A stretch of 64,000 bases of DNA from Chiloscyllium plagiosum (taxonomy: Eukaryota): NCBI RefSeq assembly GCF_004010195.1, contig NC_057740.1, positions 7,478,894 to 7,542,893 on the forward strand, written 5' to 3'. The notes under the pieces were generated by a model that saw nothing but the letters and a program-made list of their open reading frames with translations, was not told where the DNA came from and did no database searches. Each line of letters opens with the position of its first letter. Within the stretch, counting starts at the first letter, position 1. The position numbers and the translations under genes were made by a program. Positions 12,343 through 25,454 of the stretch are shown in pieces.

Positions 12343-13643
12343 CCAAATGGTTTTTGGTAATGTATGGAGTGGTCTGAATTGGCTGAGGACTGGTATCTGT
12401 GATGCTGGGGATCGCTGGAGGACTCCAAGATGGATCATGTACTGGGCACTTCTAGCTGAAAACTGTTGCAAATACTTCATTAATGGAGAAATTTTTGTCT
12501 TTTGACCATGTCACTAAGCACTCAATCTCTTTCCTGTACTCTGTCTCATTGTTGTTTGAGACCAGACCTACAACGGTGGTGGTGTTAGCAAACTTGAAGT
12601 TGGGCTGGAATTTGGCCATCGCCGCGTGTGTATAAGGAATACAGTAGGGGGTTCAGCGTGCTATCTTGCAGGACACTGGTTTTTGAGGATTATGTGGAGG
12701 AGATGTTCTCGCCTTTTCTTACCAATAGTGGTCTGTGGGTCAAAATGATGAGGATCCATTTAGAGAAGGAGGAGAGAGACCTAGATCTGAGTTTGGAGAT
12801 GAGTTTGTTTGGAAATATGATGTTGGTGGGGGTATCTATAATTAATAAGTAGGAACTTGATGTAGGTATCCTTCTTATCCAGATGTTTCAGAGATTAGTT
12901 ACGGCCAGGGAGATGGCAGCTGCCGTGAACCTTTTGCATCATAAGACAAATTGCAAAGGAGTAAGGCAACCTAGATAGCTGGAGTTGATGTGAGCCATGA
13001 CTAACCTCTCGAATCACTCCATAATAATGGAAGTCAGAGCCATGGGGCAGTAGTCACTGAGGCATGCTGCATGTTTTTTCCTTTGCACTGGGATAATGGT
13101 GGCCATCTTGAAGCAGGTGGGGACTTCAGATTGAAGTGTGGAGAGATTAAAGATGTCAGTGAATATTGTTGCCAGCTGATCCGTACAGAATCTGAGTGCA
13201 CGGCTGGGTACTGAATCCAGGACAGAAGCTTTCTGTGGGTTCGCTTTCAAGTAGGCTGATCTGATGTCTGCAGCAGTGACTGTGGTTAGAAGTACATCTG
13301 AGAATTTTGGGACAGGTGATATCGTTTCACTGACTTTTTGTTTCATGCTAGTGTAGAATGCATTGAGCTCATTGAGTAGGGATGTATTGTTGCCTGTAAT
13401 TCTGTTTGACTTCATGTTGTAGCTGTTCTGTCATGTATGCTTTACCACAAGTGACAGGTGTCCGTGTGGTTAGTCTGGGTCTGAAACTTAGTTTGATATT
13501 GCCTTTTGGCACATCTGATGGCTGTGTGAAGGTTGTACCTGGATTTCCTGTGTAGGTCAGGGTTGCCTGACTTGAATGCCTCAGAGCTGGAAATGTGTTG
13601 CTGGAAAAGCGCAGCAGGTCAGGCAGCATCCAGGGAACAGGAG

Positions 13644-13679
13644 AATCAACGTTTCGGGCATAAGCCCTTCTTCAGGAAT
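13644..13679 (-). ncRNA. Minimal type-I hammerhead ribozyme motif
   Basis: CTGAAGA-a-GGGC-ttat-GCCC-GAAACGTT on the minus strand (core 13648-13675); GUU triplet. Confidence 0.65.
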
Positions 13680-14587
13680 GAGGAAGGTTTGTCCGTTCAC
13701 TTCCACTTATTGATTTCATTAATTAAGCCCTCAGCTTCTCTAAAGTTGATGCAGACAGCTCTCAACAGCATTCTTTTAGGTTAGATTGCAAGTCAGTATG
13801 GTGCTTATTACTGATAATGAGCATGGACTTGATGGAGACCACTGGTCTTGTTGGCCAAGTTCTTTTGATGTCAGATTTTAGCAAGCACACAAAATTATTG
13901 AATTGTACACCCTGGTCATAAATGAACATAATAATATCACTTCATGTTGCCAGATCATTAAGTTATGAATTGCCTAGTTTTACAAATTTGCAATATTCAT
14001 TAAAGCTGTATTTTCACTCCATAATATTATGATATATCTGTCACCATCTAGCCTTGAAGCATATTTTTTGTTGAACGTCAGTGAAATCTTCATTTGCCAC
14101 TCTCTCCCTTTCCATGCCACAATTTTAAGTATAACAAATGCATTTAAAGTAGAATTATTTTTACACAAAACAGAAGTAGATGAGATAGCAACAACCTATG
14201 TCCATGCACATTCAGAAAGGGTCAAAGACTCTTAAATGCATTCCGAAAGCCTATATTGTTGGATGCTAAGGACAAAAACTTCTTCAGAGTGTAATACTGC
14301 TTTCTAGAATCACTGTTTCTAGATCAAACTAATAACTGCCATATAGTACCCAAATAGATTCAGTAGTCTGGCACTTCCAGCTAAGCAGTCACTTTTCCTT
14401 CAAACAGACATATATACATACAAATGTTAAAGCAAGGAGTTTAAAGGAACAATGTATTTTCAATTGTCACTATTATTGATGAGAACCAAAAATGCTAGAA
14501 ACATTCAGCAAGTCAAGTAACAGCTATGGAATGAGGTAAATAGTAAATAAAGGATAATATGAGACAGGAGTTAAATGGGATAGGGTG

Positions 14588-15219
14588 TGTCACAAAGCTT
14601 GTCCTTTTTTTTCTAAAAGCTGTTCCTTGGCTCAAGGAAACTTTGTCCTTGACTTTTTTTCAGAGGGGCAATAAACCAGGCCAGGCTCTGATCAGTCTGG
14701 TTTGGTACAGAGGTGAAAAGGATTTTGAGAGGCCTTTTGTTTATAAGTAAATAGTTGAGACTTCAGGCCAAAGTGGTCATGTTTTAGAAGTGACCTGTAT
14801 AATAAAAGAGGAGTGGCCAGCTCTCTAGCTGAGCCGGGCACTTTTAGTTCAGCCTTGAATGATTTGGAAGTTCAACAAGGAGCTGTATGGAAACCCTCTT
14901 TCTCTTTTCTGCACTCCAACTTCAACCTGTATGAGTGTGTTCCGGTTGTACTGGTTTTTAAAGGGAGTTTGCTTATTGGGACTGTTGTGTTTATTCAGAA
15001 CAGCATGATTAAGTCTAGTTGGATAGGCTGAGTTCTGTTCTTTGTGGTTCTTCATGTAATTCTGTGAATAATTTTTTATCTGTTTTAAAATCTAGTAGTC
15101 AACCTAACTATCTTACTCCGGGTCATTTTCACTATACACTTACCAAAACAAATTGCAAAGTTATGGTCTGGGGCTGTCTGTTTAAGAATGTTTTGAGTTG
15201 TCTGGTCGAGTCCATAACA
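14588..15219 (+). mobile_element. Probable solo LTR (Gypsy-like) inside the cargo
   Basis: TGTCAC...ATAACA termini, imperfect 4-bp flanks GGTG/GATG; 3' end resembles 55240-55360. Confidence 0.55.
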
Positions 15220-15878
15220 GATGGAACAACAGTTTTATACATAATCCAATATTACATTCCATTTACTTCAGATTATTATCTCCCACAATATACCTAAACA
15301 TGAGATAGCTTTAGCAAAGGCTGCCAAGAATGTGGTCCATCTGGGACACTTAATGCCCTGGGAAAGGAATAAGGTTACAGAAGTATCCCAGCTGCTTGTC
15401 TTTCAATCTTGTTTTATTTAAGGTATTCATTGTCAGAAACGTATGAACAACCACTTTGTTGGTACAAAGGGTAGGCATGATGCTAAGAAAGTTATTAACA
15501 TGTTGGCTGGCCTTTTTGGCACATTTTGAAAGTTGGTGCCATGTAAGAAACATAAAATAATTAGAACAAGGCTTTCACTTCATCCTTGCTGATAGTGTAA
15601 TCCAATAAACCCTGTCCCTTGCTTTCCTCAAGGCCCTGAAAATGTTTCTGGACAAATATTTATCCAATGCCCTTATGAAAATTGTTGAACCTGCTCCCAT
15701 ACCTTTAACGTTTTCCATGTCACATTGATAAGCTGCTTAAAACCTTCCCCCACCCTCCTCCCTGACCTATCACCATCACCCTCACCTTGACCTCTTTCCA
15801 CCTATCACATTTCCGAGGCCCTTCCCCCAAGTCCCTCCTCCCTACCTTTTATCTTAGCCTGCTGGACAAACTTTCCTC

Positions 15879-15914
15879 ATTCCTGAAGAAGGGCTTATGC
15901 CCGAAACGTCGATT
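15879..15914 (+). ncRNA. Minimal type-I hammerhead ribozyme motif
   Basis: CTGAAGA (15883-15889), a, GGGC-ttat-GCCC, GAAA, CGTC. Palindromic ACGT stem III; predicted cleavage after C15910; weak stem I. Confidence 0.7.
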
Positions 15915-17033
15915 CTCCTGTTCCCTGGCTGCTGCCTGACCTGCTGCGCTTTTCCAGCAACACATTTTCAGCTTTGATCTCCAGCATCTGCAGACCTCAC
16001 TTTCTCCTTGAATGCCTCAGACCTGGACTTCAGTAAGGATAAGATCTCAGTTAATCCATGGTTTCCAGGGAACATTTGGATTAACTACTTTGGCGCCCAG
16101 TCTTCCACACATTTACTAATGAAGTCTGTAACAGTGGTGGCATACATTTTTAGGCTGTTTGCTAAGTTTTTGAATATTGACCAGTCAACCCACTCTAAGC
16201 AGTCCCATTGAAGCCCTTCCATTGAATCAGGCCAACACTGCACTACTTTCCGTATTGGGTCCTCACACTTCAATTTCTGTTTGTAAATAAGAAGGAGCAG
16301 TACAGCGTTGTGATCTGATTTTCAAAAATGTAGATAGGGGATGGAGCCAGAGGGTTCTTTGAACTTTGTAGCCTCATCTTTTGCTCTGATGTGTTGGGTT
16401 TCCCCAAAATTGAGGATTGGGATGTTTGTGAAGCTGCCACCTCCAGTGAGTTGTTTCATTGTCCTCCACTGTTTGTGATAAGATGTGGCAGGACTGCAGA
16501 ACTTAGAACTGATCTATTAGTGGTGGAAATGTTTACCTCTATCTTTCACTGCTTACTTTGGCAGACAAGTAATCCTGTATTGTGGCTTCATCTGGATATC
16601 CCTCATATTTAGATCATGCCTGATGCTACCCCTGGCATGCCAGCCTGCACTCTTCATTGAACCACGATTGATTTCCTGCCTTGATGGTCATGGTAGAGTG
16701 GGGCATATGCTACACCATGCGATTTGCATATTTTGCTGCTGATGACCCACATTATCTCATGGGTGCCTATTCTTGTTAGATCTTTTCAAAGTCTGGCTCA
16801 GTTGCTGTGGCGATAGTGCCATACAGCATAATGGGGGACATTCTCAATGTGAAGATGGGACTTTGCCTTTATAAGAACTGGGCGATGCAGTCTCACCAAT
16901 ACTGTAATTGACACATCTACCGTTGGCAGGCATATTGATGAAGATGAAGTCTAGTATGCCTTTCACTCTTTTTGGTTCTCTCAGGACCTGCCATATGCTC
17001 AGTCTAGCAGCAATGACCTTAAGAACTCAACCA

Positions 17034-17165
17034 GTTCTGAAGAATCACAATATCACACTTGAAACGTTAACCCTTGTTTCTCTCTCCACAGATGCTGTCA
17101 GATCTGCTGAGTTTTCCTTCCACTTTGTTTTTATTTCAGATTTCCAGTATCTGCAATTTTTCCCA
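17034..17165 (+). mobile_element. Decayed PLE terminus (family C-like) with hammerhead remnant
   Basis: ttCTGAAGA...ttGAAACGTTaac followed by tctctccacagatgctg...tttcagatttccag. Confidence 0.55.
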
Positions 17166-18602
17166 CTTATTGTTTAAATGCCTATAGATTACCATTAACC
17201 CTTTGTACCATGGACTGCATCAGAATAACTGTGGTGAGTGCAATGCAGTTCAAGGGATTGTTTCCCAGAAATCCTTTTCAGAAAATCTAGGAGCGAAAGA
17301 TGTTGAAGATATTCTATGTCAAATTAACAATAAAACAGGCATCTTTTAAAAAGTGCCACAGCATGTTGTGCACAAAACTAGAGAATTCTCTAGCATCGTT
17401 TGAATCTCAAGAAGTAGTCAGAGAATATTTATTCACAGTTCATCATTATTGCAATCTTTCTGGATAGAATAACAATTATGGCTCTGCACTCAAGAAACAT
17501 TCTTGTGTTAAACCACAAGAGAAACAAATTAGAAATGCATATTAGTACCACTGGTACCCCAGGCTGTTGTGCATCATCACCACAGGTGGAGGAATCACCC
17601 AACAGTACGGTATTTTCGGTTCATTTTTGGGACAATTGTATTGTTAGCAGAGCTTTCATTTACCATCCATCCTCTTGAATCCAGTTCAGATTCCACCATC
17701 TTCAGTAATTTGCTTCTATTTATTTATCTTTGCTGGCGTTCACTGCCTATTCCTCAAAAAGGCACTTTTATATATCTTTGAGAAATAGAATTGGTAACTT
17801 CAAAACGGTTAGATTTCTAACTTCTCCCAGATGAGATGATATTTGAAAATCAGTTTCTCCGTGATCAGATGACACCTGAATCGATACTGCACTTTTTGTT
17901 TTTATTTCAGACTTCCATATTTTTTGTATATTCCTTAAATGTGTTTGATGTGGTAGGCATGATGGGCCAAGTGATCTCCTTTTGCACCAAACAATTTTGT
18001 GACCCTGATCTTGAATTCAGGCATGAAATGATGCAACATAGAAAGAGGCCTTGAGGTCCACTTTTTTCTAATTCTTGAAAGAGCTGTCCTTTGTTGATTA
18101 ATTCCTGTTGTTCACCCCAATTGTTCTGCTTCTGCTCAATACTTCTGGGAATCCTTCTGAAAATTAGTGTTGCATCTGCTTCCATTGCTCTTTCCATTAG
18201 TGCTTTACAGTTAAAAACTGATTGCAAAGGGTCATTGTCATCCCAACTCCATTATTTTGCCAAAGTATGTATCTTGCGGTTTCATCACTTGTTTTGGGTA
18301 TAGTCCTTGTCATCTAGAAGTTCGTTCATTCACATTTTTTGTCCATTTGGTGCAAATCTTGGTAACCATCAGTCTCTCTCTGTCAGCTTCCCTCAACCAT
18401 CTCCTGTGGGTCCCAGAACCCCATTTGTTCTTGATTTGTTTCAGCTCAGTGATGCATTCCTGCTGGAATTCCTTTGTTAGACGTCAGCGCTGGTCCAGGA
18501 ATGAATAACATCTCAGTTCATTTTGCTAGCCTGTGCGCGGGGATGCTATTGGAAGGGATGTTTGTGTAGTTGCTAAGTGTAAAATTTGGGGCATTCCCCA
18601 CT

Positions 18603-19310
18603 TAGAGTCATAGAGATGTAGACTGTGGAAACAAACCCTTCGGTCCAACCCCTCCATGCCGACCAGATATCCCAACCCAATCTAGTCCCACCTGCCAGCA
18701 CCCAGCCCATATCCCTCCAAACCCTTCCTATTCATATACCCATCCAAATGCCTTTTAAATGTTGCAATTGTACCAGCCTTCACCCATCCTCTGGCAGCTC
18801 ATTCCATATACGTACCACCCTCTGCGTGAAAAAGTTGCCCTTTAGATCTCTTTTATATCTTTCCCCTCTCACCCTAACCTATGCCCTCTAGTTTTAGACT
18901 CCCTGACTCCAGGGAAAATACTTTGTCTATTTACCCTATCCATGCCCTTCATAATTTTGTAAATCTCTATAAGGTCACCCCTCAGCCTCTGACACTCCAG
19001 GGAAAACAGCCCCAGCCTGTTCAGCCTCTCCCCGTAGCTCAGATCCTCCAACCCTGGCAACATCCTTGTAAATCTTTTCTGAGCCCTTTCAAATTTCACA
19101 ACATCTTTCCGATAGGAAGGAGACCAGAATTGCACACAGTCTTCCAAAAGTGGCCTAACCAATGTCCTGTACAACAACATGACCTCCCAACTCCTATACT
19201 CAATACTCTGACCAATAAAAGAACGCATACCAAACGCCGCCTTCACTATCCTATCTACCTGCGACTCCACTTTAAAGGAGCTATGAACCTGCACTCCAAG
19301 GTCTCTTGTT
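18603..19310 (-). mobile_element. Young 5'-truncated CR1/HER1 LINE
   Basis: ORF 18869-19318 (RDLGVQVH...LVRPLLEDCVQFWSP...RLRGDLIE) plus 3' UTR ending ctatgactct. Confidence 0.9.
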
Positions 19311-19685
19311 AAGGACATTGTTGATGTGGGAACCTCTTGGAGTCCTGGTGATGTTCCAATTTTAGTAAGCTACCATGCTACAGTCAGTGCTGTGATGACT
19401 GTCTTTGCACCATTCCCTTCAATCAGCTCGATTTGGGGTAATTCATTGGTTTTGTTTCATGTTTCCACCAATGTCCTTTATTCACTGGACCATCTTTGGT
19501 ACTTTTCTCCTGAATTCAATTTCTTTGATTCTATTTCAGGTGATCACCTCCCTACTAATATCTCTCAGACTCTGGCACCTATCATGTTTTTCACCCAATG
19601 TCCATTCCTTTGTCCTGTTGACTCTACTGTCCATGCCAGTGCTTCAGAAATATTCTCAGCCCTGTCCTTGCACCCATCTCTTTGT

Positions 19686-20516
19686 TGGTAGAGTCGACAA
19701 AGTGAAGAAGATTATCTAAGATTACAAAACTAACTTGATCAAATGGGCTGAGGAGTGGCAGGTGGAGTTTATTACATCTTAGTAAAATAAAGCAGGGCAG
19801 GACTTATACTGTTAATGATAGGGCTCTGGTTGGTGTTGCTGAACAAAGACACCTAGGGATTCAGGTGCATAGTTCTTTGAAAGTTGTGTCACAGGTAGAC
19901 AGGATGGTTAAGAAGGTGTTTAGTATGCTTGCTTTCATTGCTGAGACCATCGAGTAGAAGAGTTGAGAGGTCATGTTGTGCAGGATGTTGGTGAGGCCAC
20001 TTTTTGAGTACTGTGTACAGTTCTTGTTGCCCTCCTGTGGGAAGAGTGTTATTAAATTGGAGAGGGTTCAGAAAAGATTAACTAGGGTGTTGCTGGAGTG
20101 AAAGTTATAAAAATAGACAGGATAGGCTGGGACCTTTTTTGGAGTGTAGGAGGTTGAGAGCTGACTTTATAGAGGTTTATAAAATCATGAGCGGCATCAA
20201 TAAGGTGAATAACCAAGGTCTTTTCCCTATGGTGGTGGAGTTCCAAACTAGTAAGCATATTTTTAAGGTGGGAAGAGAAAGATTTAAAAGGAAGCTGAGG
20301 GGTAGCTTTTTCACAAAGAGGGTAGTTTGTATGTAGAATGAACTGCCAAAGGAAGTGGTAGATGCAGGTACAGTTATAACACTTGAAGGACATTTGGACA
20401 GGTAGATGAATCTGAAAAGTTCAAAGGGATTTTGGATTAGTTTAGTTTGGGAAATCTGGTCGGCATAGACGAGTTGGACTGCAGGGTCTGATTGCATGCT
20501 GTATGACGCTATGACT
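19686..20516 (+). mobile_element. 5'-truncated CR1/HER1 LINE
   Basis: RRLRADFIEVYKIM...FFTKRVV and CR1 tail. Confidence 0.85.
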
Positions 20517-22422
20517 TTATTTGTTTTAAGATCATGGAAAGGAGTTTTACTGTGAACTAGGGCTGCTTCCAAAGATTGCTTTTCTTGCCCTCACTTACTG
20601 ATTTCTGTATAAAAGTCCAAGTTCATTCAACACTTGAATTCCAGTCCCAATATGAGGTTATTAACAGTTCATCAACTCATATGTGCCTGTTTCTCGTCAG
20701 CAACAGGTTTAACAAGGTCTTTGCTCAAAATAAGAGACGCTTCAGTGATTGACTAGTTGATTTTACTGTTGCTAAAGCCAGAAATCTGGGAACACTTCCT
20801 GCTTAATTTATAGTGTCCTGGAATCTTCAAAATCCACTTGGAACAAAAGCAATCAGGGTTCTGAATGGACATAATCACTTTTTTAAAATGGTATTTCTTG
20901 TAATGCAGTGCTCTGGAATATAAACCTGGATTTATAAATGTAGGGCTTGGATTGGAGGTTCAATCCAGAACTGCCTAGTGAGTGAGCTACCAACTCAGCC
21001 AAACTGACAGGTGAGGAGCAGAAAATGTTGCCGTTTTAAATATCACTCTCTCGCGAGTATTTTAGAAATGTAGATCTGAAAGAGTTTGTTGTTGAGTGCC
21101 ATAAGCACCACCCACTAAAATGGACATAAGGGCAGAACAGTTTAGGATTTTGGAGTGATACCTGCCATCTGGTACTCCTTTAGAGTCTCTGTAATAATGT
21201 CTGTCATTATCAATATAACATGTAGATGAGCAGTGAATTACAATAAACTGTATCTTCTTAAAGATAAGAGGCTCTTCTGTTAGACCTGGATGTAGTTTTC
21301 ATTTACCGCACCAGACCAAACAAGCCCTATAGGTTCCTATGCTGAAAGACAATACTTAGAGCAACCTTCACCATGAGCAGCAACTCACAACTCACCAGCC
21401 TGTAGAACAATGGACCAGAGCAGTAGCTAATAAAATTTTGTGTGGTATTGCTGCTGTGATGTCATCTTGGATGTAATTGCTTCTTTAGCCAGAGATCTGA
21501 CAAAGGATGGCACATGCATTCCTTTGCTAACATCCAAGTAAATATATTTTAAGTATTCTGTAATGACTTTGTTTTCTTTTAAAAGACCATATGTAATCTA
21601 AAATATTCCGGTCTACATTGTTCATGAAAGTACTTCTGTAACAAGGAAGGTCTTTCAAACATTCTACTGACTGTTCACAGAGGATTTTGGTTGGTTTTGT
21701 GGCTGGCAAATCTTGATGAATAAGTCACAAATGCAATCTTATAAGCTAGCAGAAGAGGGCAAAGGAAGTTTAACTCCTTTCTTTTTGCTTAAATGTTGTC
21801 TTGCTGCACTTGAATGATTCACAAAAATTTGTGAACAATTAAGTTGATTCTGTCATAATAAATTTATTTTGACATTGATGAGGCAAAGGAGGTGGGCTGC
21901 AGAATTCAGTGACATGTAACAGAAATTCAAGGACTCTTTGACACTAAAGTGTGACTTCCAGTTTGTCCAAATGGAATCAGCTGTGCAGCAGCGGAGCATT
22001 GGATCTCCCAGGAGCGCATAGGCAATAATTGGCTTTGAGTGTAACATTTTGTTTTAATTTAAAACAATGGCACTTTTTGGCGAAGTCATTAAGATTTGGA
22101 AGCTGTATCCATTCAGATGGAAAAAAACACATGAAGCAACATTTATGAATTGAGAAGTGATCTTGTAATAAATTTGCTTTAGACTAAGAGTTTGCTGAGG
22201 GTTTTAATACAGTAGGTGGAGGTGTATCCCCTGCAATAATTCATGTGAGAAAAAGATTATTTGTAATTCCAGCAAACTGAGATAATTACCTTTTCTTAAA
22301 AATGTCATTTATTAATACAATTTTTTTGTTTTGCTAGGGCTGGTATTGGCTGCCTGATAATTATGATAGTAATACACAGTGAACAATCGGTATTGATTGA
22401 ATAAAACAAGAAACCCTGAGTC

Positions 22423-22746
22423 CAGAGGTGGGGAACCTTTTTCATGTTGGACGGCCGCATTATGTTTGTTGTAATCTAATAAGGCCGCATCCAAGAAACT
22501 TCAATTGTATATTCTTCAAAATTCACATTTTTTTTCAAATTGTGGCGGTCAGTCTGTGAGGATTATTTTGTTGAATTTTCTTTTGTTCTCAGGTATTTTA
22601 AATACATTCATTTTAAGATTAAAATAAAAACAATAAAGGACGAAAACAACATATTAATAATAAATAAAAGATTTGTTCTGCAAAATTTGGATTCATTCAA
22701 AAGGCCACACACAATGGCCTAGAAGGCCGCAGGTTCCCCACCCCTG
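22423..22746. mobile_element. Non-autonomous hAT (Charlie-like) DNA transposon, 324 bp
   Basis: TIRs CAGAGGTGGGGAACCT / AGGTTCCCCACCCCTG; 8-bp TSD cctgagtc (22415-22422) / ccttagtc (22747-22754). Confidence 0.85.
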
Positions 22747-23819
22747 CCTTAGTCTATTTTAGGAAAGAATTGTGTAGGTGAGGGCAAGTTACTTTTGCCA
22801 GGACTGTGTGAAACTATAACCAGTAACCCAGCGATTAACTGCCAAGGTTGCAGTGCATCAAGTCTTGTTTTTTATCCAAGATTCTCATTGCAAAAATGTT
22901 ATTGATAATCACTATATGTTAGAAACTATATAATGGATGAGACACTACGGTGAGCATATAAGACTTTGGATGATGGTAATGTTATGATGTATGGTTGCAT
23001 TTCCCAACATACAGGTTGTATTGGATATTATCCAATTGTCTCTTTGCGAGCTGAAATCTCTTTGGAGGCTATTTTGTTTTCTTTCTTTCCCTTTCTACAC
23101 ATTTTTGTGTTACATGTTATTGTTAAACATGGAAATAAGTATATCAACTGCTTCCTGGGATTGTGCAAAATAGGCATCTTATACTAGCTGCTTCAGTTTT
23201 TAAAGTTATCACCTCAATGGTAGAATGCTGTGCAGTTGTGATGAGGGATTTTGTTTTTAGTAAGGTAAATAAAGTAACTGACAGAAGGGTTTTCTTTCCC
23301 AAAAGCTCAGTAACAAATGTAAAAGAACGGCTTCAAAATTGTCTACTTGTACTTTTTCCTGGTCATTTTCCACCTTCGTTTTCTTCTGATAAGTATGCTT
23401 GGTTGTTGCGTCGCACTTCCCATACTACTACAGCTGTAATTGGAGATAAGAAGTAGATAAGTTTGTGAGAACCAATATTTCTTCACTGTGGGCAAGTGAG
23501 ACCCAATCTCTTTCATGTGACACAATTTACATTGCTGAATTAATACAGATGACTTGCCATTGTTCTATAAAATGCAAGACTTATTGGCTATTGATGAACC
23601 AAATCTTCCTTCATTGTATTTGGGAGTGTGCCTCATTGTAAACGTGCTCTTGAAGTTCATTGCCTTAGATCTATTACTAGCTTATTTTGCATCACTGTGA
23701 TTGTAATTCTTATGTTTTTTTCCCTGCTGTGGTCTAATTGAGAGCTCTGAAGAACCATAATTGCTGAACAACACCAGACCATAAAGTACCAGGACTTTAG
23801 AAGGAAATATTTAGGAAAA

Positions 23820-24320
23820 TAAAATCATAACCCATAGACTAACATGTAGGACATTCGGCCCATCAAGTACATTTCACCAGCTAGATTATGACAGATCTGA
23901 TAATCCTCAACTCCATTTTCATACTTTATCCTCATAACTCTTGATTCCCTTATTGACTGTCTATCTTGGCCTTGAATATAGTTGATGACTGAGCCTTGTG
24001 TCAGCCCTTTCTGGTAACATATTCTACTGAATCACCACCCTCTGAAAGAAAACAAAGCCTCCTCGCTTGTATCTTAAATGGACAACTGCTTACTCCTGAG
24101 ATTACGTCTTCTGATTGTAGATTCTCCCACAAAGGGAAGCAACCTCTCTGCATTGATGCTGTCAAGCTACTTAAGAATCATTTATATGTTTCCGTAATGT
24201 GTCCTCTCATTCACCTAAACGCTGATGAATACAAGCTCAACCTCTCACCTCATAAGAAAAGTCCTCCGTGCCTCAGGCCAACCTAATGAACCTTATGTGG
24301 ACTGTCTCTAATACAGGCAG
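23820..24320 (-). mobile_element. Old CR1-like 3' fragment
   Basis: cattcggcccatc tail and decayed CR1 C-terminal sequence. Confidence 0.55.
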
Positions 24321-24879
24321 CCTTTGGACCAAGAGATGCAAGAAAATTCCTAGTAACATTTCTTTCTCCACTAAAAAAGACCCTGCTCTGACAAATAGGA
24401 AATCTAAATCCGACTTGAGTTGGTCGTGTTACATAACTATCTTCTACACTCTTTCTTGGACTGTTGATTCGCCAAGGTGAAATTTCAACCTAATTGGCCT
24501 ATTGGTAAATTCACAGGATTAGTGAACCATTAGTTTTGCACTCTGCCTTCAATCGAGAGTAATATTGGACAATAGAGAGAGATTTTGGATGTGAAACCGA
24601 CAATCACCCCAATCCTGTATGATTCATGGCCAGTCAGTGAAGTTGAAATTGCCCTTTGTGATATCCAACGCTGATGCTGTTCTCCGAGGATTGGAGTTAA
24701 TTATAGCACCTCAATTGTTGCTATGGCAAAAGAGCAACAGAAGGCAGATCTGGGAGCTGGAACCTTCACAGTAATTCTGAAAGTTCCCTTCTCACACCAT
24801 CAAAATTGGCCTTGCCCCAATTTAAAAATTTTAACGTGTGGACCAGACCTATCTTTTTCCTAATTATTTTAAATAGTTA

Positions 24880-25190
24880 CGGCATGGTGGCTCAGTGGTT
24901 AGCACTGCTGCCTCACAGTACCAGGGATCCGGATTCAGTTCCCACCTCGGGCAACTGTCTGTGTGGAGTTTGCACATTCTCCCTGTGTCTGCGGGATGCT
25001 CTGGTTTCCTCCCATAGTCCAAAGATGTACAGGTTAGGTGAATTGGCCATGCTAAATCGCCTGTAGTGGCGATTAGGTGGATTAGTCAGAGGCAAATATA
25101 GTGGGGTGGGTTTCTCTTCAGAGAGTCGGTGTGGACTTGTTGGGCTGTCAGGCCTGTTTCCACACTGTAGGTAATCTAATCTAAATCTAA
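24880..25190 (+). mobile_element. HE1-like V-SINE inserted in a CR1 endonuclease fragment (about 24800-25245)
   Basis: A/B boxes, V-domain, (aatct)n tail; flanks are colinear with 48905-49030. Confidence 0.85.
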
Positions 25191-25297
25191 GTATATGGAA
25201 GTAATAACCCCTGATCCCAAAGTGCTCTTCCACTCACACCTCATTATATCCTAAGACTATGATCTCTCATCTTAGAATGCCCCACAAGATGAGCCCA

Positions 25298-25426
25298 TTT
25301 CTGATTAAGGGCTTACGCCTGAAATATCGTTTCTCTTGCTCCTCGGTTGCTGCCTGACCTGCTGTGCTTTTCCAGCACCACACTCTCTACTCTGATCTCC
25401 AGCATTTGCAGTCCTCACTTTCTCTC
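25298..25426 (+). mobile_element. Decayed PLE family A-like terminus starting at the hammerhead core
   Basis: ctgattaagggcttacgcctgaaatatcg...ctccagcatttgcagtcctcactttctc. Confidence 0.65.
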
Positions 25427-25454
25427 TTTCTGGTATCAATCAAGTGAACCTTCT

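Larger units (their letters stand above)
11020..12480 (-). mobile_element. L2/CR1-superclade LINE, RT and 3' tail; continues at about 16370-17030
   Basis: Minus translation KMVVFVGGQSSQLRDISAGVPQ and YSPISLYSIISK, QFGF. The sequence resumes beyond the Rex1-like insertion. Confidence 0.7.
13586..16006 (+). mobile_element. Composite insertion: inverted PLE family A termini (13586-13694 minus, 15745-16006 plus) enclosing about 2.05 kb of non-PLE DNA
   Basis: 15-bp direct repeat CTTGAATGCCTCAGA at 13571-13585 and 16007-16021. Both arms carry hammerhead cores. Confidence 0.8.
12500..16330 (-). mobile_element. Rex1/Babar-like LINE (12500-13585 and 16007-16330) split by a 2.4-kb insertion
   Basis: ORF 13014-13415 (LNELNAFY...DIFNLS...VPTCFK.ATIIPV...DYCPMALTSIIME). 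The frame LKSRSEAFK|SGNPDLHRKSRYNL is continuous once the insert and one TSD copy are removed. Confidence 0.8.

Noticed and set aside
12140-12505. Repetitive ORFs or CRISPR-like appearance
   Set aside because: Contiguous 18-bp tandem units with no spacers, inside a dead LINE in a vertebrate genome.
17860-19680. Possible ancient restriction-endonuclease-type non-LTR remnant on the minus strand around the CR1
   Set aside because: Only vague motif hints (ECPKF); cannot be supported without a profile search.
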